DNA from: a virus
Lineage: Duplodnaviria; Caudoviricetes
DNA: 41,652 nt
IMG/VR virus record: IMGVR_UViG_3300037991_001323
Coordinates: 1-41,652 of that record
Direction: 5' to 3' (one strand)
The notes below the pieces were generated by a model. The model made no database searches, was not told the origin of the DNA, and saw nothing but the letters and a program-made list of their open reading frames with translations. Numbering within the stretch: the stretch's first letter is position 1; each line of letters starts with the position of its first letter. A program made the position numbers and the translations under genes. Below, piece after piece: positions 18,664 through 24,288 of the stretch.

Positions 18664-19257
18664 TTAGCTGAAGATCTCTCCAGTTTCTACATTCACTTTC
18701 TCTGTCTCAGTCACCTTTAGTACAGGTGCTGTATCAGCTTCTAGGGATACATCTTGTGGTTCAGTGAACACAATAGATGCATTGGTAAAGATGTAATCAC
18801 CATTGTGCATGATGAAGTCACCGTCTCTACCCTTACGCTTAGCAGCTGTCTCTACGTTTGCAGCTTGCCAATCGTTTGGTTCTGTAGTCTCTACGATTTG
18901 GACACGCATTGGGAATGTCTGCCCTTCGAAGTTAACTACAGGATTGAGAATGTTTGCAGTTAGTATCTCATTACCAAGTTCATCGAACTCCCAACCTGCA
19001 TTGTCACTCAAGTCTACACCAAGTGCTTCCTCAAGATCAGCGGGCTGACCGTTCTGCCATGCACGACGTGCACTGTTACGAGTAAATCTACTATCAGATT
19101 TGTTAAAGATAAACGCAGCCGAAGGGCCACGGGATCCTTCTTTTACCTCTGCAAGTTCTACAGAAATAAATCCGTTAGCTACTTTACGAAATCTAGTCAA
19201 TAGAGTTTGACCTAGTTTTAGTGAGTTAAGCTCACCACTCATCATTACGTTTTCCAT
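18664..19257 (-). CDS. Hypothetical early protein
   Basis: 197-aa ORF ending NVETGEIFS. Confidence 0.75.
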   Translation of the reverse strand: MENVMMSGELNSLKLGQTLLTRFRKVANGFISVELAEVKEGSRGPSAAFIFNKSDSRFTRNSARRAWQNGQPADLEEALGVDLSDNAGWEFDELGNEILTANILNPVVNFEGQTFPMRVQIVETTEPNDWQAANVETAAKRKGRDGDFIMHNGDYIFTNASIVFTEPQDVSLEADTAPVLKVTETEKVNVETGEIFS

Positions 19258-19291
19258 GTTGTTGAATGTTTTAATGGAATTAATAAAAATT

Positions 19292-19335
19292 AAAAAGCAC
19301 CCAACCGTTCTTTACATAGCTACGATTGGGTGTTT
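19292..19335 (-). terminator. Probable terminator hairpin
   Basis: - strand CACCCAATCGT...ACGGTTGGGTG followed by CTTTTT. Confidence 0.55.
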
Positions 19336-19344
19336 GCTGTTATA

Positions 19345-19443
19345 CTATAGAGTAGCTATTGAAAATCCAACTGCTACCATACAAAATAAGATAAGTATGA
19401 AGACTACAATGTCCTCTATCATATCTTTTGTTTCTTGTTTCAT
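19345..19443 (-). CDS. Single-pass membrane microprotein (32 aa), not in ORF track
   Basis: MKQETKDMIEDIVVFILILFCMVAVGFSIATL*; ATGA overlap with the upstream ORF stop. Confidence 0.6.
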   Translation of the reverse strand: MKQETKDMIEDIVVFILILFCMVAVGFSIATL

Positions 19444-19682
19444 GATTCTTCACTGTTAAACATATCATCCCATAATGCTTCAGGGATGCCTGTGATTAGT
19501 AGTTCACGTTGAGCTGCTGTTAGATTAGGCAAAGCCTCTTGGATATGAATACCAAGTTGCCAAGAAGCCAATCCTTCTGCGTCAACTGTTAGTTCGTGTG
19601 TGTGACCAAGGACGTCACGAACTCCGATAGTAACCGTGTTCTCAAGGCCATCGAAGTCTTTGATGTAAAATGGTGTTGCCAT
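19440..19682 (-). CDS. Hypothetical early protein
   Basis: 80 aa containing IQEALPNLTAAQRELLITGI...WDDMF. Confidence 0.75.
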   Translation of the reverse strand: MATPFYIKDFDGLENTVTIGVRDVLGHTHELTVDAEGLASWQLGIHIQEALPNLTAAQRELLITGIPEALWDDMFNSEES

Positions 19683-19717
19683 AGTTATTGATGTTTATTA
19701 ATGATTCGTTTATAAAA

Positions 19718-20316
19718 ACAAATTGGTTACAGGCGTACATTCCTGCTCAACTGTATCAGGACTTCCTCTGGTAGGTAGATTAAGTAGTAGCCTCCGCAGG
19801 CTCTACTCCCAATTACTGCTGTCTCACGGTTTCCCGTGTTACCCTAAAATACGATCAGTCTTCAAGGGATAACCAATTTGTATTGGTTAGAGGGAAGCCA
19901 CTACAGCCTCCCTCACCAAACCAATAAACGAGTAGTTTAGGACTGCATACTCAGGCAGTGTTACTTAATTGCAACTCTCATAGCCTCACCGTAACTGTCT
20001 AGGACCATCAAGTTACCGTATCGAGGTTCCGTTAGGATGTTTGTAAGGTTAATAACAAAGAGTTGTGCGTTACCCTTGGAAAACCAAACCGACTCCGAAA
20101 TGGTAAACCAATAAGAATACACAACTCTGCAACGTCTTCTTTAATCACAATACCACGCGTTGCTTTGGTAAGGGAAGGTTTAAACACATCATCTGATACC
20201 TACAAACAGATTAAAAATAATTCCTATCAATAAGGTTTAGGTTGCGACCCTTGGCCTCTGACCCCTTATCCTCGCAACGCGTTACTGAGACTCTTTTCTA
20301 GTCCCACGGAATTATT
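19718..20316 (-). ncRNA. Candidate large structured ncRNA or tandem array of structured RNA modules
   Basis: No ORF of 60 aa or more. Nested closing helices at 20316/20216, 20208/20038 and 19881/19718, a CACGG-GAAA-CCGTG tetraloop hairpin, and two pseudoknots. G-U pairs favour the - strand. Confidence 0.6.
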
Positions 20317-20332
20317 ATTTGTAGTATGACTA

Positions 20333-20593
20333 CTACTTACCCTTAACAGATAAGTAATAGTCACGCATTTTATTTTGCTTATCAATGTACTCTTGCGATG
20401 CAGTAATAGCAAAAGCAATAGTAGTAATCATTGAGAAGATAATAAGACCACTCCCAAACCAATCTTGGAAGCCGCTTCCTGATAATAATCCAAAGACAAT
20501 TGCTGCCATTGAATTGATAGCCATAAATGTAGCTAAGAACAAAGCAAACAAGCTAACGTACTTGATTGCACATTTGAAAACAAATTTAACCAT
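20333..20593 (-). CDS. Two-TM membrane protein
   Basis: 86 aa with two long hydrophobic segments and a charged C-terminus. Confidence 0.7.
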   Translation of the reverse strand: MVKFVFKCAIKYVSLFALFLATFMAINSMAAIVFGLLSGSGFQDWFGSGLIIFSMITTIAFAITASQEYIDKQNKMRDYYLSVKGK

Positions 20594-20707
20594 TGTGTTA
20601 TAGTATTAGATTAGATAATTAATGAGGTAAATAAAAATGGTGGAAAAAAGAGAGAGTGAATGTACAACGCACACTCACTCAGTAATCAGTTAACCTAAGG
20701 GCAAACT

Positions 20708-20734
20708 AAAAAGCTAAGGACGCCGAAGCGTCCT
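20708..20734 (-). terminator. Intrinsic terminator with cUUCGg tetraloop
   Basis: - strand AGGACGC-TTCG-GCGTCCT followed by TAGCTTTTT. Confidence 0.75.
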
Positions 20735-20740
20735 ATGCTT

Positions 20741-20974
20741 TTACAACGATATAGTTTCCTCTACGTTGTAGTTGTTGACCGTAGCAATTGGCTGACCGTC
20801 GTCGGTTATGAGCACTTTGTACTCACTCAATGTCCCTTCTTGGGATTTCTTACCAACGGGTAGCGTAGACTTGTCGCCTTTCTTAGTCTCGTAAGAGATG
20901 AAAGCTCCGTTAGGGCCTACTACCTTGCTTGCTGTTACTGCGCCTTGTTGACGCAAAAAGTCTAGTAAATTCAT
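20741..20974 (-). CDS. Hypothetical protein, first gene of the - strand block
   Basis: 77-aa ORF followed directly by a terminator. Confidence 0.75.
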   Translation of the reverse strand: MNLLDFLRQQGAVTASKVVGPNGAFISYETKKGDKSTLPVGKKSQEGTLSEYKVLITDDGQPIATVNNYNVEETISL

Positions 20975-21112
20975 ACCATTTATGTTTTAGGTGGGGCGTT
21001 ACAATGCCCAAAGTATAGTGGGGGTCTGTGTTGTAGTTGGTCAACACGCTCACAAATCCTCCACAAAAAAAATTTTTTCCCCAGAAATTTTTTCTAGAGT
21101 TGTAGACTAGAT

Positions 21113-21120
21113 TATCTTTG
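21113..21120 (+). promoter_or_regulatory. Bacteroidota -7 element
   Basis: TATCTTTG, 7 nt upstream of ATG 21128. Confidence 0.65.
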
Positions 21121-21127
21121 CACATCT

Positions 21128-21253
21128 ATGACCGATGATTTTAATTTAAGTGACGACTTCCAAGATTTTGTTGACGAACTTACGAGTGACGAAAAGAACG
21201 ATAATGCTCAATGCAGCATTGATAATCCAGAATGTGAAAACTGCGGCAGCTAA
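21128..21253 (+). CDS. 41-aa acidic peptide resembling the C-terminal redox tail of class I ribonucleotide reductase alpha; not in ORF track
   Basis: MTDDFNLSDDFQDFVDELTSDEKNDNAQCSIDNPECENCGS*, preceded by a TAnnTTTG element. Confidence 0.75.
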   Translation: MTDDFNLSDDFQDFVDELTSDEKNDNAQCSIDNPECENCGS

Positions 21254-21270
21254 GAAATTATAAATTTTTA

Positions 21271-21278
21271 TATCTTTG
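21271..21278 (+). promoter_or_regulatory. Bacteroidota -7 element upstream of candidate ncRNA
   Basis: TATCTTTG with no ORF following for ~360 nt. Confidence 0.65.
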
Positions 21279-21281
21279 CCA

Positions 21282-21550
21282 TTAGAAGCACACGAAAGTG
21301 TATCACCCCAGAGGGCCAGAAGGTAGTTATGGGGTCAGACGTTGGATTGTAGTTCCTAAATAAGGAATAGAGTTTTCTCCAATAGCTTCGAAAAGAGAGG
21401 ATATAGCCTGTAGTTGGGGCACATTGCACACAGGTAGGTGCGGTGAAGTAACACTAGTTTTAGTGTCCCTAGGTAACCAGAAATGGTAGCACTGCTAAAA
21501 GGTAAAATTCCGATCGAAATGTAAATTCTCTAAGGGGGAGGTGTGTCTAA
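21282..21550 (+). ncRNA. Candidate ~270-nt highly structured ncRNA
   Basis: Own -7 box, 5'/3' closing pair TTAGA/TCTAA, about ten helices, two GAAA tetraloops; G-U pairs favour the + strand. Confidence 0.65.
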
Positions 21551-21582
21551 ACGGGTAAATGTTTAGAAATCTGACACTTTCC

Positions 21583-21614
21583 TTGTAAATGTAAATTATT
21601 TTATTATAACTTTG
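21583..21614 (+). promoter_or_regulatory. Bacteroidota promoter for the late GroES-terminase operon
   Basis: TTG-N21-TAACTTTG, 23 nt before ATG 21638. Confidence 0.7.
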
Positions 21615-21637
21615 TCCTATAACTAAATATATAGGCA

Positions 21638-21919
21638 ATGGCAGACACTAAATTAGACTTTAAACCCTATGGTGGTTGGGTTATATTACCCAATCCTGCA
21701 GCGCAGAAGCGAGAGTCAGGTATTATCTTGGAGGACGACACAGCAAATAAGTTGCGTACTAATGTATTACCAGTGTTGGCAGTAGGACCAGACTGCAGAC
21801 AGACTCAGGTTGGGGACACCGTTATGGTAGACCCTAGTTCAGAGGCAATGATTGTACATATCAATGAGGTATCGTACTTATTTGTTAACGAATTCCAGAT
21901 TTTAGGTAGATTCTTGTGA
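21638..21919 (+). CDS. groES: GroES/Cpn10-like co-chaperonin
   Basis: Motifs FKPYGGWVIL, RESGIIL, VLAVGP, VGDTV and EFQILG. Confidence 0.85.
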   Translation: MADTKLDFKPYGGWVILPNPAAQKRESGIILEDDTANKLRTNVLPVLAVGPDCRQTQVGDTVMVDPSSEAMIVHINEVSYLFVNEFQILGRFL

Positions 21920-22161
21920 TTCCCGCAGGTACAGTAACTATATCTCTAAAGGACTACCACGATTTACTAGAAAGTAAAGAGAAATCTGAAGCTTTGCGTG
22001 ATGATACCCAAAGGGCTGCTAAAGAAATAGCAGTCTTTTTGAGTTTTATGGCAACCCGTAAGGATATAGAGCCGTATGTACAAGAATTTAACAGGCAGGC
22101 TACATCTTGTGAGATAATTATAGATGGTAGCAGAGCTAGAATAAAATTTAAAGATGCTTAG
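21916..22161 (+). CDS. Hypothetical protein
   Basis: 81 aa, GTGA overlap with groES. Confidence 0.65.
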   Translation: MIPAGTVTISLKDYHDLLESKEKSEALRDDTQRAAKEIAVFLSFMATRKDIEPYVQEFNRQATSCEIIIDGSRARIKFKDA

Positions 22162-22345
22162 AACAAGATTTGCTACAAGGGATTTGACAGAGCTTGTGCA
22201 TCTAATGCTGGAATTTGAAAAAAAATTGACAATGTGGTCAGAAAAAAATATTACCGCAACATGGGATGTACGAATCTTGATAGGAGAGGGAGAGTACATC
22301 ATAGAAGTTACTGTAGAAGATGATGAAGACAAAAAAACCAAATAA
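22154..22345 (+). CDS. Hypothetical protein
   Basis: 63 aa in a tightly coupled operon. Confidence 0.6.
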   Translation: MLRTRFATRDLTELVHLMLEFEKKLTMWSEKNITATWDVRILIGEGEYIIEVTVEDDEDKKTK

Positions 22346-22598
22346 GCGCAAGCTTACAATAGACGGTGTCACATACAAAGTAGAAAAATCATTGTATGAT
22401 GTACTATACCAATTAGAAACCCAGGTAGGTAACCACACCTTAGCACTTTATAATTATATAGAGATACACATTAAGAATAAGAATGAAAAATCTCACATAG
22501 AAGAAGTGCTATATAAATATTGCATGCAACTGCCTTACGCAGAAAATGTAGTTGCAGAAATAAACGAAAATATAGATGGAGCAAAAGATAACGATTAA
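22320..22598 (+). CDS. Hypothetical protein
   Basis: 92 aa in the operon. Confidence 0.6.
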   Translation: MMKTKKPNKRKLTIDGVTYKVEKSLYDVLYQLETQVGNHTLALYNYIEIHIKNKNEKSHIEEVLYKYCMQLPYAENVVAEINENIDGAKDND

Positions 22599-22908
22599 GG
22601 TAAATTCTACCTACAAGTACTTGCAACTTTGGAATGGTATTTTTAATCTTACAGACATGGAGCTTAGAGTGCTATCTACATTAGTAGATCTGCAATTAGA
22701 AGAAGGTACAAAGAATTTGTGTGCATCTGATAATAAAAAACAAGCTGCAAGAGCTTTAGGTATTAGTGATTTTAATACCTTAAACAATTACGTAAAGAAG
22801 TTTAAGGATAAGAGAGCAATCCGTAAAGTTGGTAAGAATTACGTGCTAAATCAGTTGCTAAATGTTAAAACCACAGGAGTTAAAGTCAACATTAAACGAG
22901 AATCCTAA
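22576..22908 (+). CDS. Winged-helix DNA-binding protein
   Basis: NLTDMELRVL...KKQAARALGISDFNTLNNYVKKFKDKRAI...NYVLN. Confidence 0.65.
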   Translation: MEQKITIKVNSTYKYLQLWNGIFNLTDMELRVLSTLVDLQLEEGTKNLCASDNKKQAARALGISDFNTLNNYVKKFKDKRAIRKVGKNYVLNQLLNVKTTGVKVNIKRES

Positions 22909-23050
22909 TTATGTAATAACTCAGTATCTCGTAGACGAAATATATGTTGGAATTATACAAGATGGTTATGGAAATTTATTAGACTTAGAAATTATTGAAG
23001 TAGAGTATGAGCCAGGAGAAAGAGTTGCCGAGTATTTGGCAGATGACTAA
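22862..23050 (+). CDS. Hypothetical protein (start uncertain)
   Basis: 62-aa ORF filling the gap, overlapping both neighbours. Confidence 0.4.
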   Translation: MLKPQELKSTLNENPNYVITQYLVDEIYVGIIQDGYGNLLDLEIIEVEYEPGERVAEYLADD

Positions 23051-23309
23051 AAACTTTAGCAAAGAACTTGCAAAGTATGTATCAGAAGGGCTTCCTAATG
23101 TATCAGAAGCTGAGTATAAAAAAAGATTAGAGACTTGTGTGTCTTGTGAGTTTTATCTAGCTGATAGTACAAGGTGTGCTGCCTGCGGATGTTTACTAGA
23201 GCATAAAGCAAAATGGAAAACATCGTCTTGCCCAAAACATAAATGGGGACCACAAATAAAAAAGCATGGCAAAATCGAAAAAAGCCCTGATACAGGAGCT
23301 AGCGAGTAA
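23007..23309 (+). CDS. Cys-rich putative Zn-binding protein
   Basis: RLETCVSC...RCAACGC...CPKHKW. Confidence 0.7.
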   Translation: MSQEKELPSIWQMTKNFSKELAKYVSEGLPNVSEAEYKKRLETCVSCEFYLADSTRCAACGCLLEHKAKWKTSSCPKHKWGPQIKKHGKIEKSPDTGASE

Positions 23310-23496
23310 ACACAATCTACCACTTAAGACCGTATCCAACATTGTAGAGCACCAGTTTAAGTATGTGGCTAAGATTATGGGTCAAGGCAACTTTGAGACT
23401 GTAAGATTACCATACTTTGGTAAGTTTTCTGTAAAACCAGGTAGACTGAAAAATGTAAATAAGAAAAAAGATGCAACTACTAACAATAACAGATAA
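23266..23496 (+). CDS. HU/IHF-like DNA-binding protein
   Basis: KKALIQELASK...VRLPYFGKFSVK histone-like fold; typical position upstream of terminase in crAss-like phages. Confidence 0.8.
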   Translation: MAKSKKALIQELASKHNLPLKTVSNIVEHQFKYVAKIMGQGNFETVRLPYFGKFSVKPGRLKNVNKKKDATTNNNR

Positions 23497-24010
23497 TGTT
23501 GCAATGCCATCTGCTTATACGCTGACTATACAAGAGTTTGCAAAGCTTGTAAGTAGAGATAAGACTAAGGCAAAGGACAGATCTAGTAAAGAGCTAGCAT
23601 ATGTGTACTTTGTTTGTGACCATGCGTCACCGTTTGCTGTGTATGGCGAGGATAAGCGTGGAGAAGAAGTAAAACTTAGTGTGTTTGGGGAAACAAAATG
23701 GGAACCAGACTCTGCCATAGAAGCAGCTTGTGCAAAATACAAGAAACTAAAAGAAACATCAGCAGTAAGATTGCTAGCAGCAGCTAGAGAGTCGGTTGTA
23801 AAACTAGAAAATTATTTTAAAGACGTAGATCTTACCCTAGCAGACGATAACGGCAAACCAATTTTTTCAGCAAAAGATTTAGTAGCTAATTTGTCTAAGA
23901 TGGGGGATGTTATAAATGGAATTAGTAAATTAGAAGATCTTGTTAAGAAAGAAGAACAAGTACAATCTAGTAACCGAGGTGGTGTAGAGGTAAACAAGTA
24001 TAGTCAGTAG
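23471..24010 (+). CDS. Conserved crAss-like protein, possible small terminase subunit
   Basis: 179-aa helical protein ending RGG...NKYS, between IHF and TerL. Function inferred from position only. Confidence 0.5.
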   Translation: MQLLTITDNVAMPSAYTLTIQEFAKLVSRDKTKAKDRSSKELAYVYFVCDHASPFAVYGEDKRGEEVKLSVFGETKWEPDSAIEAACAKYKKLKETSAVRLLAAARESVVKLENYFKDVDLTLADDNGKPIFSAKDLVANLSKMGDVINGISKLEDLVKKEEQVQSSNRGGVEVNKYSQ

Positions 24011-24288
24011 TGGACTTTTTAGAAGACATAGAAAATTACGAAAAAGCGATGTACAATGCTTACAAGTTGATTGTAAAAGACATGACTCTTGATGATTTTT
24101 TTGAAGACTACTCTAATACACAAGAACTAACAGACCTATACTTACCATTTGACCCGTTAGAAAGTGACGGTCGAGATCCAGGCACAATAGACATAGTTAT
24201 AACATTTATGGAGTCTATGGAAGAGTATGAAAAGTGCCAAAAATTACTAGATATTAAAACCAAATGTTTAAAAACACAGATCGACTAA
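24010..24288 (+). CDS. Small protein with UVR-like (UvrB/C) motif
   Basis: GTG start; contains MEEYEKCQKLLD. Confidence 0.55.
   Translation: MDFLEDIENYEKAMYNAYKLIVKDMTLDDFFEDYSNTQELTDLYLPFDPLESDGRDPGTIDIVITFMESMEEYEKCQKLLDIKTKCLKTQID

Noticed and set aside
19256-19459. 67-aa + strand ORF
   Set aside because: It is antisense to the 32-aa membrane ORF and a terminator in a - strand block; likely a shadow ORF.
19755-19772. GAGGAAGTCC on the - strand resembles the RNase P RNA CR-I motif
   Set aside because: It is one A short and lies near the 3' end of the structured region, with no downstream CR-V partner.
19905-19965. TAACACTGCC...GTCCTAAAC...GAGGG resembles a twister ribozyme
   Set aside because: I could not build twister P2/P4 and both pseudoknots. 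A simple H-type pseudoknot explains the sequence better; a covariance-model search would settle it.
20910-21125. 71-aa - strand ORF across the strand switch
   Set aside because: It overlaps a better ORF and promoter elements, and has poly-A/T-derived low-complexity sequence.
21392-21410. AGGATATAGCCT resembles the group I intron S element
   Set aside because: There is no matching R element to form P7, no interrupted gene, and the region has its own promoter.
19683-21637. tRNA genes, CRISPR mini-array or hammerhead ribozyme in the non-coding stretches
   Set aside because: No cloverleaf with GTTCRA and acceptor stem, no regularly spaced direct repeats, and no CTGANGA/GAAA core found by eye.
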